Assembly: GCA_002633005.1 (NCBI GenBank)
Contig: NMRA01000141.1
Span: 545,609 to 609,608 of the forward strand
Length of the DNA stretch: 64,000 nucleotides
Direction of reading: 5' to 3'
Origin: Phoronis australis
Lineage: Eukaryota; Animalia; Phoronida
Below, piece after piece: positions 40,801-53,900 of the stretch; the first letter of the stretch is position 1, and each line of letters begins with the position of its first letter. The position numbers were made by a program, and so were the translations under genes. The notes under the pieces were generated by a model. That model made no database searches. It had not been told where the DNA came from and worked only from the letters and a program-made list of their open reading frames with translations.

Positions 40801-41271
40801 ATTGTAGCATATTTATTTTTTAAAGATTGGCTACCATGCTGAATATAATCACAGTTTTAAAACTTTACCAGAAAATTTGTTGTGACATGTACACAGCAGG
40901 TAGAAATCCACATAACAGGCTAAAATTTTCTCAAGCCTATGTAGGACCTTATAAAAATTCCAAAGTCACCTAACTTAGGAACATCGTTTCTCACAAACAG
41001 CTGATAAAATTAAGGCTATTACGATCATCAATCGGAACGCCATGTTTAAACATTATTAAACAATGTAAGCGGTAAACATAAAAAACATGTATCAGCTAAT
41101 GTTACACAAACTGGTATAAAATTCTCCATTTTACTATGAGATTTCCTTCAGTCATAAATTAACACATACCCCAATCTCGCATGTGACTACTCGTGCCATT
41201 GGAGAACGGACATTTCCAGATAGTAGAGATAGCACATGTCCAGCTGACACTTGGTTGGCACGCTTGTCCAT
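37857..41271 (-). CDS. C2H2 zinc-finger protein (~675 aa; 1 isolated plus 8 tandem fingers)
   Basis: Exons 41271-41170 (MDKRANQ...CEIG, in-frame TAG upstream of the ATG), 40734-40623 (TQTELTWK...KPT) and 39670-37857 join in phase with GT-AG sites. The large exon has CxxC...HxxxH fingers with TGEKPY/SGEKPH linkers. Confidence 0.88.
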
Positions 41272-41506
41272 CCTGCCACCCTATTCGGGCCTATTGAGTC
41301 TGAAAAAGAGGCTCCTGAATTAACAAATGTACACAGAAGGCCATGATATAAGAACAAGAGCAATGCAAAGCATAGATATGCACTCTCCACTGATTTGGGC
41401 AACTGCACAAAGGGTTGTTTGAAAAAAGGTTTTGATTGCGGGGGTATTTGTTCGAACTGCATGGGAAGAGTTATACATCAATGGACAACGACCTCCTCGT
41501 CTCACT

Positions 41507-42313
41507 CTCCTATAGGCGCTTCATAAGCTGGATGCTTTTCGGTGAATTTACGCTGACTGTAACATCATAGTGATGTTCTTATAAATACCTTTTGCATATA
41601 GAGGGACATCTTAGGTGGCCGACAATGTTTTTAAGTTCTTCCAAATCGACGAAATGTCCCCGTTATCAAACTTTTTCTTCGAGCAGTCCCTTGTTCAGTT
41701 CCCAAATTTGGTAACTCAACACTACACTGCAAGGGCGGATCCAGGATTTTGAGTTGGGGGGGACCAGGGCAGAGGAATAACCAGAATTTTGGCAGATGCG
41801 CGCGTGCGCTCCCAGCATAAAATGTCGGGATGCAGGGGTCTCGAATTTTTGGGTTTGCGGACCAATTGACTAAAAAGAAAACGGTAAACAGGGTTTGTTC
41901 AGGGCCTATACATTGTTTATTCACCCCCCCCCCCGAGCCCCCCTGGTTGCGCGCATGTGCTAGTCAGCAATTCGCACCCAAATTCCTAAATAATATCTGA
42001 TAGAATTTTAGGGGGGCCATGGCCCCCTTGGCCTACCCCCTAAATCCGCCACTGTACTGCACGCAGCAGGTGGCGTCCGCAGTGTTAAAAATGGCGAGTT
42101 ACCGATTTTAAGAACTGAACGAGGAACTGCTCGAAGAAAAAGTTTAACAACGGGGATATTTGTTTGATTTGGAAGCAATTAAAAACATCGACGACCTCGT
42201 AAGGTGACCCTCTATGCGCAAAAAGTATTTCAAGAACATGACTTTGATGTTTTAGTCAGTGTGAGGCATAATTCGCCAAAAAACTTCCGGCGTAGGAAGC
42301 GCCTATAGGAGCT
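41507..42313. mobile_element. MITE with ~210-bp inverted arms and a nested element
   Basis: 41507-41717 is the reverse complement of ~42094-42313; termini CTCCTATAGGCGCTTC / GAAGCGCCTATAGGAG. Confidence 0.8.
41730..42053 (+). mobile_element. GGCGGATCC-type small non-autonomous element nested in the MITE
   Basis: Ends AAGGGCGGATCCAGGATTTTGAGTTGGGG and GGGGGCCATGGCCCCCTTGGCC..AATCCGCCACTG; same family as 45975-46138 in the opposite orientation. Confidence 0.7.
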
Positions 42314-42579
42314 CCATCATTTCTGCTTGGGAGAGCTAGAGACGATTGTCATTGTCTACAGCCTCCTAAACTTACTTAAGTCTATGCGTTCCTACGCACG
42401 GCAAAGGTACTTTTAGTTTTATAACGACATGCATGACTTTTTGGTTTTATCAAAGACGGATAGGTCTCTGGTTTAGTCCGTTTGAGGCATAGTTCACCAA
42501 AAAGCTCCCGTCTCTACAGATAAGTAGTTGATATGATGGTATTGACTCTAATCAGATCTAATCTCCTGGCGATGGTATC

Positions 42580-43003
42580 CAGTGCCCGGTTGCATGAAAC
42601 AGTCCCAATCAGGGACTCAACTAAGTTCCCTAAATCTAATGCGTATTTTGACTTGTGAAAACATCGATTGCCCTTTCTTGTATTGTTTTAGTTTCATTCA
42701 ATATTAAGTTATCTTTTGACTTTGATACAAATCGAAAGTGAACTCTATGTTAAATTGTCATCGAAAATAATTAGGGATCTTTTCATGCAACACCCCCAAC
42801 TTAACTAGGACTAAGTCCCTATTTATTTTCAATGAACTTTGAGTTCAGATTTTATTTATATTATACTAAAGATGAAATGATAGAAAAATGCATCTGTGAG
42901 TCCATAAAGACACAAATGCGCAAAAAGACTGAAGGACCTTAGTTGAGCCCCTATTATTAAAGTTGTTAAACCTATTTTGGACTGTTTCATGCAAACTGCC
43001 ACT
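42580..43003. mobile_element. MITE-like element (Harbinger-like TIRs)
   Basis: CAGTGCCCGGTTGCATGAAACAGTCC / GGACTGTTTCATGCAAACTGCCACTG. Confidence 0.6.
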
Positions 43004-43039
43004 GATCTCTCTAATCCATGGACCTACTCGGAACGGTGA

Positions 43040-43320
43040 ACAGGCTTACGCCATCCAGTTGGCCTTCGGAGTGACTCACGCATGCACACCTGGTCACTAT
43101 CTACTAAAATGCCTTGAACGTGAGCTAATAAGCCAAAGCAGAGGAGCTAGTCTCGTTGAAATCATGTACACGCACACGAATGACGAAGTCTGTTTTGGTG
43201 CTGTGCAAAATGAAGCACTAGTACTTTAGCGACTCCTGGCGACCACCTGATGACTTGAACGCGACTCTTCAACGTTTAAAAATCAGCAAACAACACTGGT
43301 AATACGGAACAATATGGCGG
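43040..43320. promoter_or_regulatory. Probable bidirectional promoter shared by the ZNF gene and WDR12
   Basis: The WDR12 ATG is at 43314. The ZNF ATG exon starts at an acceptor (41299) and needs an upstream exon. Minus-strand donor-like sites C|GTGAGT (~43080) and C|GTAAGC (~43050) lie ~250 bp from the WDR12 start in a CpG-richer patch. Confidence 0.5.
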
Positions 43321-46300
43321 CGTCCAGTACAGTGTCTCATGTGCAAGCGAAGTTCTTTACAAAACAAGAACGGTGAGGATTAACGTGGGATGAATGTATA
43401 GTATTTATGATAGTTCAATTGTGTTATTTTTTCCGATCTATTTTTCTCCTTAGGCATACTCTGCTTGTTGACTTTTTGAAAGCTTTTGTTGTGAATTTCC
43501 CGTCGTTCTTAATCTCATTTCGATCTTTATTTTAAACATGTTAAATAAATAAATTACCATATTTTTCCCGGAATATTAGGCCATGGCTTTATAGCCCAAA
43601 TGAAAGAATGTTAAGCAATATATAAGATTATAAAATATTGCTTGGCTAGAAGAGAAGAGGTTACCAATTTTGTTGCAGCTAAATTCAAAGTCAAACTCGT
43701 TAAAGCGCGACAAGTCAAAACGAGCTTTGCTTGTGTAGAACTGACGACGTGTGGAGAATTCCAAATTGTCGATTACCAAAATGCAAATGACCCATTATAA
43801 GTCCATGGCCTGTCACAAGCGTACAGACTGTGGTTTGTTACGAAGGCCAGAAATGACACAAGAAAATAACATAACTGTAAGTTCTGTGTGAGCTCAGAGA
43901 TCACTTTTAAACTGAGTCAGAGTAATGAACAAGATGAGGGCATGAGGCCAGGTTTATAACAGTGAAATGCCTGAATCAAAGCTTTTTTGGCAGAAAGCAT
44001 GGGTTTAATGCTGCTTTAAACAGTCAATTAAAGAGTAATTACCTATAAGCGAGTAAAATTGAGAAACAAAGGTTTTTGATATTATTCAACACGTAGTTTA
44101 ATGTTTTTTCATATTTCATAGAATTTAAGAGAGGAATGCGAGCAGACACACCTTTGAAACGTAACTGCACATTCCCATCTAGCACTGGGCAATCTAGAAT
44201 ATCACAAGTGGAGGAGGGGGCAACAACATTTTCTGAGGAATTTTCTGTATTAGCTGTGCTGGTTGCCCCCTTAATATGTCTTTTTCCATGGCTATGTACA
44301 TAACAAGTGACAATACAATAAATTCCGCCAAAACAAGTGGGAACTGTTTTCATGCAGTCTACGCAATCTATGTTCTCTTATCATTCTTTAGATGACAGCG
44401 ATGTAATGCAATCTGTCTTGTAATGGTTCTTGCTTGTGAATAATGATGTAATGCAATCTGTCTTGTAATGGTTCTTGCTTGTGAATAATGATGTAATGCA
44501 ATCTGTCTTGTAATGGTTCTTGCTTGTGAATAATGATGTAATGCAATCTGTCTTGTAATGGTTCTTGCTTGTGAATAATGATGTAATGCAATCTGTCTTG
44601 TAATGGTTCTTGCTTGTGAATAATGATGTAATGCAATCTGTCTTGTAATGGTTCTTGCTTGTGAATAATGATGTAATGCAATCTGTCTTGTAATGGTTCT
44701 TGCTTGTGAATAATGATGTAATGCAATCTGTCTTGTAATGGTTCTTGCTTGTGAATAATGATGTAATGCAATCTGTCTTGTAATGGTTCTTGCTTGTGAA
44801 TAATGATGTAATGCAATCTGTCTTGTAATGGTTCTTGCTTGTGAATAATGATGTAATGCAATCTGTCTTGTAATGGTTCTTGCTTGTGAATAATGATGTA
44901 ATGCAATCTGTCTTGTAATGGTTCTTGCTTGTGAATAATGATGTAATGCAATCTGTCTTGTAATGGTTCTTGCTTGTGAATAATGATGTAATGCAATCTG
45001 TCTTGTAATGGTTCTTGCTTGTGAATAATGATGTAATGCAATCTGTCTTGTAATGGTTCTTGCTTGTGAATAATGATGTAATGCAATCTGTCTTGTAATG
45101 GTTCTTGCTTGTGAATAATGATGTAATGCAATCTGTCTTGTAATGGTTCTTGCTTGTGAATAATGATGTAATGCAATCTGTCTTGTAATGGTTCTTGCTT
45201 GTGAATAATGATGTAATGCAATCTGTCTTGTAATGGTTCTTGCTTGTGAATAATGANAACTAAAAAAACTTCAGTGGGTGTTTTTGACGTGTTCCTATAG
45301 CTGTGCATCATGTGTGGGTCCATATTGCCATTGCCATTGTCTGTACATCCAGCATGCGGTGCCCGTTTATATATCTCCTTGGCCCATGCCATGATCGTCA
45401 TGAGATTTGGCAGATGTGCTCATATCAAGTTGATTATCATATTACACTACTGTAGTGCCCCCTGTTGTCTATTTTGATGATTGACAAGGTATTGGTTGTC
45501 CTTTATTATTGTCAAAATGGCATGTCAGCTTTTAGATGGACTTTAACTCGTAAGTATATGGCTGGGATTCACCAACTCCATCAGTCGATTTCCAGCTTTG
45601 ATCAAATTTGTCTGATTTTATAGGATACTAGCCATTACCCATACGAAAGCACGGGTAGCAGCTAGTAGGAAACGCTGAGGGGAAATAGCTACACCTAAGA
45701 TTGAACCGATTGAGTGTTCATCGCAAGAGACAGGAATACTTCTTGAAGAGACTGTGTTCAAAGCTTCAAGCAGAATTTCTGTCACCTCTCAGATTTTAGT
45801 AGCAATTAAGGTGTGCGGCTGTGGGATTCTTCCCCTAGGCAGTACAAATTTCTTTCCAGAACATTTGACCCTGTCGTAACACAAAGAATGGTAATCAGAT
45901 ATTCTTCAGTTTAAAGTGAAAACTAAGAATGCATTTAAAATTTTTTATAGTACACAAAGTTAGTATATAGATATCAGTGGCAGATTTTGAGGGAGGCCAA
46001 GGGGGCCATGGCCCACCATAAAATTCTCCCAGCTTCCATTTGGCAGTTTGAGGGTGTATATGTCTCAGTGAAGGGCAAAATTCTGGCTAATACTCTATTT
46101 GCTGTGCCCCCCAACTCAAAATCCTGGATCCGCCCCTGGATGTATTTACAAAAGTTGCATCATCAATGTACATACTGAGGTAGAAAGCCAGCTTGCTGTA
46201 AGAAGACTTTCGTCAACATACAGCTAGGTAGACATGTGTAGAGCTCCGTTAGACACCGAAATTTCACACAACCTGGGTGTTCAGCTCGTCACGTCGTCGT

Positions 46301-47902
46301 GAAACTTAGAGCTAACAACTTGCCGTAGGTGCATGCAGAATCTGGGAATGAATCGACATTCACAGTGCCCGTTAAAGCCGTTTATAGAAGTAAACAAAAT
46401 CTAATAAATGTTATTTTTTACAATTCTCCGCCTTTTGTAACAAAGGAAAATCCTATCTGCCGTCGTTTTGAAAACAGTGCAATCTCGTGACACGGGCTTG
46501 TTCGCGCCATTTCCCAAAACTTTGCGATATCTATCGAGAGTATTTTCTGAAATTGGTTTTTTTGGTATTAGAATAGTAAAAACTTGTAATGAAATGAAAC
46601 CACTTCCAATTGTTATGACATGTACGCAACCTCCACAGTTGATTGAAGAACATGGAAATTGGCCCGATAGGTGATGCAATGGCGCCCAAAGAGCGCATCG
46701 CAATTTTAGCAGCAGAATAACTGATGAACGCCAATTTTCCAACATCCGGGTAAATAATTTAGTTTACTCAAGGAAGAGTAAAAATTTTTTAATGAGGCAT
46801 CATTATTTTGGGGGCGACAGGCCCAATGAATTATATACACGACAGAAGCCGGAGGGAGTGAAATTAATCTGATGGAGTGACGTCACCCAGGCCTTTTGAA
46901 CCGACTGACTGACGTCAAATAGGGGGCCTGTGCAATACCTGGGACCAAGGTGGTGCCGAAACGCGCGCAACGAAGGTCTGTAGTGGAGCGGGCGAGACGG
47001 AGTTTGTGCAAACGATGCATTTTATATATTAGAGTAGTTCATGAACATACCTTATGCATTGTAGCCGTGGGCGCATTTCCATGCGTTGCATTGCTCTTGT
47101 GCAATAATGTGTACATATAGTTATGATACGACAGGAGAACAATTTATTGTATATTATTTTTTAGGCGACTCAAGTGAACATCAAAATGTATCATTCGATT
47201 TTCTGGTGGATGGAGAGTTTCTTCGCATCTCTCTCCAGGAACATATGCTCAGCAAGGACATTTCCACGGTAAACGCTGGTTCTGTTACCGGTTAGATTGT
47301 TATCAAGTTGCTTAGATGTCTAAAACACAACTTTGTTTTGTATCGTTTCCATGCTGTTGAGGAAGTCCTGAGTGTTTGAAAGAAGAGAACACTTTCCAGC
47401 TCACCTTTTCAAAAGTGTGCGTGGTACGCTCAGTTATCACAAAAGATTGTAATTTGTTTACCTTTCAACAGCAGAGTGGCAGGTGTAAAATTATGACCAG
47501 GGCATGTGGATGGTATTTATTTCTAGAATTTTTGGGGCACATACTACATTTTCAAAATGTATTTTATATCATACTGAAACACACACAGCTACTGCAAGCT
47601 CCCCAGCTATGCTGCTGCCGGTTCATTTGTCACTGAGTTGAAGTTTTGTGTATGTGTTGATTGCTGCAGTTGCAACTTTTTGCACACCAATTACTCAGAT
47701 TAGCAAAAATAACATACTTAGGAAGCACTGATTGTGTTTTAAAAGTTCACCAGTTGAAGCTGTCCTAAACTGCTGAAACATTTTAAACATAAACACTGTG
47801 TGCATTATGTTATGACACTGACAATGGAAAGATCAACACACTCACACACACACCCCTCGCCACCCAAACCCACACCCACACGCACACACACAGACACACA
47901 TT

Positions 47903-47933
<31 letters not shown>

Positions 47934-50900
47934 ACTCACACACACTCACACACACAACACACACTCACACGCACAACACACACTCACAACCACTCAGCAG
48001 ATTTAGTATAATTGTAGTAGTTGTATGTCGGTTCCATTAAGTTCAAATGTCATTATGTTCACTTTGTCAACTGACTGATTGATGAGAGGCATTTTTCTAG
48101 GAAACTGTGGTTGAAATAGAGTACGTTGAACGTCAACCTCCACCTGAACCGCAGGACTCACTCGTGCATGATGACTGGGTCAGCTGCGTCCGGGGAGCGG
48201 GCAGTATGTAAGTTCTGGACAGGTGAACGCTGTCAAAATAAGATATTTATGGTAATGAACATAATGAAAGCACAAATTACTGGCGTCTACCCTGACAACA
48301 AACAGGCATATTGCTTCAAGCCTGTAAACTCATGACTTGTTAAACCCTATTTATTGGGAGCAGTCTCAGCAACAACAAATTGCCAACTCTTCCCAGGGTC
48401 AGCTTTCATTTCTCATCAAAGTGAGGGTCTAGTTGAGACAATTTGACCGATGTGGGTTTTTCCTCCGATTTGTGTTTCTGATATGATGTGTACAACACTC
48501 TAAGATTATCTGTTTAAATACAAACATGACATCTGTTATTAGTAACTATTTGTCACCTCATATTCGTTCATGGCTTTGTTAAATGAAAGTTCATGAAATA
48601 CTGAAGTTGCCAATTTATGGATAACTAGTCCTTCAAGTTCATTCAAGGCACTCTGCTTTAAGGACACTAGTATTTAGAAGTCTGTTTATTGCGAGGCAAT
48701 GTATGAAAACTGACCACCTACTATATCTTTGCCATTGATGATGTACACTTTGGTTTCATAGCAACGCTGGTGCTCTTCTTCATTGTCAATACTTATGGTA
48801 ACTAAGCTGTAAAAATGACGTTTCTACACAATCAAATGCTCATATTTAAAATCTACTCAAACTGCATAATAGAAATAATAAATAAATGTTCTTGAAATGT
48901 GTTTCAGATTGTTGTCAGGTTGCTATGACGACACATTAAAACTTTGGACAGACAAGGGAGAAAATTTGTTGACGATACCCGGTCACTCTGCTCCAGTAAA
49001 AGCAGTCGCTTGGATTGACTCAGGTATCAACAAATTGACAGTGACATAGCTGGTCAAGTTCTTTCTACCTACGGACATGATTTGTATCAATGTATTCTTT
49101 AATTACCCACAATACAGATGCCTGAAAGAGTGCCTGGCAATTTACCCATTTTTCACTGGTACTCTTTTTTTCGGTCCTCATACTTTGTAAATATAGGTCA
49201 ATTGACCAGTCGTTAAGTGTTCTATCGCTTCGCCCACTGTATCACAGGACACAGCTTTAACAAACACTGACAATGTCCACAAGTAATCAATTGTGTCATT
49301 GATAATATCTTCCTAAGTTAAAGCTGCATTTCGCTACTGTTGAACTATCAATGTTGAATTCTTAACCGAAGCAATTTGAGTTAACTTTTAATATCATTAC
49401 TACACTCATTCGATCTTGAATCATAGTGGAATGAGCTGGCAACTCAACCCTTACGCAATGCATATATGCACCATTTTCAAATCTTCAATTTTAAGGTTGT
49501 CTAACCCCAATACGTTCAGAAGCAGTTTCGTGAGTTGCCTTTGGTTTTGATGTTCTTGTTAGTATCGGAATCCTATCACAGTAAGGAATATTATGAGACC
49601 AGTTTTATGATGCTAAAAGTCCCAATTCGATTTTCCTTTTTAGCCAGCTAAACAAGGCAAACTGCTACTTAACTTATGTCTTTTAGCCAGTGAAACTGGG
49701 CAAAATGCAGCTTTGAGTATTAGACATTTGAAACATGTTTCACTTCGGTTAGTAGTATGCTGGAGTCTAGTTGTCTGTTTGTCTGTTTGCACATTGTAGC
49801 ATCACAATGGATATCAGCATGGAGAGTATTTGATAGCATTACTTAAACTTGTGATCTTGTCTAAAGACCAAACTTTCAACGTAGTACTTGGAGATGTGGG
49901 ACTCCGTATTTGTTCTTGCATTCCAACAGATGGTCAGGATCTCTGCAGCTTTGTCAGCACATCACATGACCAGACAGCCCTTATTTGGCAGTGGAACAAG
50001 CTAACCAATGCTGTGGACTGCGTCCATTCATGCAGGGGACATGCTGGCAGTGTGGACTGCGTAGCAGTGGACAAGACAAAAACCAAGGTGTGGATGTTAA
50101 GCTGATGGTTTTTATATTTAGAAATAAAAATAGGATCTAATAATGTGGAGTGCATGAAAATATTTTCATTAGAATTTTTATGTACCCACATATTTATATG
50201 TGTTCCTTTAAAGCTCATGACGGATGACGACGAATTTCAGACGGACCCGACTACTGGTGTGCCCCATAGTGGAAATTTTAGTTTTTTACGGTTACCTCTT
50301 TATCTTCAAAGGTCCTCAACGTATTTTCATAAAATTTGACACATAGGCATCTATTAATGAGATGACGCTATCCAAGCGGTTTTGAATTCATGAGATGTAT
50401 TTTGTGCCACCTAGTGGTCATTTTTACTATTTTCGAGTCTGTTTTTTGGTGTCCACCCCTCTATCCACCAAACCACTCTAAGGCTGATGGTGAAATTGGC
50501 ATGCAAGTTGTTACTCTGAAGAGGATGGCTGACGACGATTTTCCGACAACTTCGGCTAATGTGGCACCTCCTAGTGGTAGTTTTGTTTTTTTTTGCGCCA
50601 AAGTCTGCATCTCTTCAAAGGTCCTCAATGGATTTTCATAAAATTTGGAATATAAGCATCTATTAGTGAGATGATACTATCCTCCCGTTTTCAGATGGAA
50701 TCAAGGCATTTTGCACCACCTTGTGGCCATTTTTGCTGTTTTCACGTCTGTTTTATGGGGTCCACCCCTCTATCAACCAAACCATTATAAGGATGATTTT
50801 GAAAATTGGTGTTTATGTTCTCATTGCGAAGAGGACTGATGACGTCTTCGACTACTGTGGCGCCTCCTAGTGGTAGTTTTGTTTTGTTTTGCGCCCATAG

Positions 50901-53900
50901 CTGTATCTCCTTAACCCCCTGCAGGATCTTCATTAAAATTTGCAAGTGTATTTGTATGAAGCTAACAACAGACGATTACGGCTTTCAGGCAGATCTAACG
51001 AACGCTGTTCCCCCTAGTGGCAATTTCATTTTTTTCTGTTTTCCTTTGTTTCTCTGAAGTTCCTTGACAGATTGTTATGAAGTTTGGTAAATAACTTTCT
51101 AGTAATTAAGGGATGGCATATTCCTGTTTTCGGATGGATTCAAATTTTTGCGCCATCTAATGGCCATTTTTATGATACAAATAAACAACCCTAGAAGCAC
51201 ACAGTCCGCGGTGCATTTGTGAGCGCATTTCAACGGTCCGTGTTGTTCTTGTTAATTGATATTAAATGCTGATCTGTTGGATACAACATGTCTTACAAAT
51301 TGAGTGACTAGTGTGGTTGCGAACTAAAATACAGATCAATACTGAAGTGGCACACCACACTGTATCGCTGGTTAAAAATTGTCGCAATAAACCTGTAGTG
51401 ATATGTATGTTTATGGTGGATGGATGTTGGCAGGGACAGCTTTCAAGGACGTAATCCAAATCCTTCCAACTTGAACAAACGCTCTGGCAACCTTTTTTTC
51501 CAATACATCTCTTCATTCATCAACAAAGTTTAAAACTGAACACTGTTGTTTTCAAAGGGCTCGAGGTCAAGGCAGGGTTTTGGAGAGGTCACCCAGATGG
51601 GGAACCTATCCAGTTTTTACCTCGAGGACAGGTACCACTCTTGGACAATATGCAAGAATGGTGATCAACGTTTCTCAAATCAGAAAGGAGACACCCTGAG
51701 AAGCTCAAATGTTAGAATGCAATGTGTGCTCTGATCTGATAAGAGGATTAATGATCACTGATATTTAATTGTAGTTTTTGATAAATCGACATGGAAGAAA
51801 TGTACGTCAGTTACTGGCAGTAAACTACAGTTGGTTCTGGCGTGAAGCATGATCAACAAATCTTCTAAGCTATGCTGCATATCAGTTTTACTTTTCAAAA
51901 TTCAGTGAACGTATAGCACCCAAAATAAGTGATCATCATAACACAAAGGATAATTCTTTTTGATAATAATTTGTCAATCCTGTGGCCCAGGTGTCTAGTT
52001 AGTCTGTGGTGCTAGTAAGTGGCAGATTCAAAGTACAATGTTTATTAATGGGTTTGATTTTTTGTTTTGATACCTAATGTCTTTGCTGGACTCGAGCAAT
52101 TAGAAGGCGGCACATTTAAAGAATTTTAGAAATTGCTGTGAAAAATGCCTGTCCATTGAACAGTTACAGAACCTGTGGTTGCTGAAAGGAAAGTGAAAAA
52201 GTAAGCAAAACTAAGTCAATTATTTGAAGAAATTAATGATTAAAAGAAAGTTTTCAAGTATTAAATGTCAGTTTATTATTTTTCAATCTTTCTTTACAGC
52301 TCTGCACTGGTTCGTGGGACAAGATGCTCAAAATATGGTCGGCGGGTAAGTTGAAGCATACCCTGCAGATGAAAGTGGTATGATTACTTTGTTTAGCGTA
52401 ATGTTATTCTGACATGGACCGATCCAGGAAGTCGTGTCAGGTCACATGGACCTCAGGAGACCAAGGCTGCCTGAGGCCGAAGCCATGTGACTTGATAGGC
52501 CCGAGGGATTGGTCTGTTCTTATTTCCCTCTTTTAATTATCATGTCTTGTGACAGTTGTTACCTGGATTGATGTACTGACATTGCTTGCTTTGTTGTCAT
52601 GATTGTTTATGGTTTCTATAGCATCTGATTGGTCACGTCGCAAATAGCAACATTTGATTCCAGGCGGCATGAAAAGTCTGTGATTGATCATGTTCCCTCT
52701 TACCCGACTTCCTCAAGAGATTTTTATAACTTAAGGAACACTTTTTTCTCTAGAACACTTGATTATCTTTTTCAAAAGGTGAGTTTAGTCTAGTTAATTT
52801 TGTGCTATTGCAGCAGCACCAAATGGCAAGTTATTCCGCCTTGTCAGCCAAAAATACTTCATATATTAAATTTTCTGTCTCTAATCTCCTTAAAACTTGT
52901 TTTCACTTTTAGTACCCAAAGCTGGGGAGGAAGATGAACCTGAAGAGCAGAGCCAAAAGAAACGCAAAAAGAAAGAGAGCAAAATGTTAACCAGAGTACG
53001 AGTCAATATTTAGTAATACTCTTTTCTTCACCGAAACATTTAAACATTTGATTTTGAAAATAGAACCTGCAGATTATAGTCTTGCTTCAGACATAAGTAT
53101 TCATTCGATTTTCAAAAGTTTATTGAACTGCAGAGAAGATTTAAGCGACAGACGTGTTTGAAAATGACTTTAGTGATTACATTCATTTGCATTTTAATGG
53201 CAGAAAACCAATTATCATGAATACGTTGTCCTCTTAGTTGTGAATTGGATGTTAAGGTTGTTTGGGATCTTAGAAAAATGTCCAAATTGGGCTAATTTTG
53301 GAACTTCATATCTCAAGAATAGCTAATCGAATTCATATGAAACTTTCAGATAAAAAGCCGTGTGCATTCTTTGTTTTTGTTACACCTGGTAGTGTTGAGT
53401 AACGAGTGAACCTGACGAAGTGTTAAGCACCCAACTACCTGTGATAGCCATCTTTACTTGAAAGTTTCCAGTTGTTTTGGACGACTTCATTGAGAACATA
53501 CAAGCTTATTCGTAGCAGTTGACATTTTTCAAATGTAAACTCTGTTGTTAGTTTTGTTTTGACTTGAAAAATGCATTCAGGTAAATTTGCTGAATTGACC
53601 AAAAACGTAATCACAAAGAGTAAATTTGCCTGTTTTGTAAAAGAATTGAGTTTTAGTGCCTAACTCATTCTTATGCAATGGTTCTGATAAGGTTTTCAAA
53701 CTTGCATCGCCAGAGTCTAAATAATATTCCGAAGAACTTTGTCGGCCTACTTGTCCTGACGTCACCCCCTGCTGTTTTGTGTATCCAGGTACCCATTCTA
53801 ACCTTGTCTGGCCATAAGGAAGGTGTGTCCTCCTGCGTGTTTATTGACAATGACGAGATCTGCACTGCCTCCTGGGATCACACAATTCGTTTGTGGGACC

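Noticed and set aside
44388-45401. 337-aa repetitive ORF ([15 protein letters not shown])n
   Set aside because: A by-product of a 45-bp tandem repeat. It crosses an N gap, lies antisense in a WDR12 intron and shows no synonymous variation.
47800-48006. His/Thr-rich ORF
   Set aside because: Translation of a (CA)n microsatellite.
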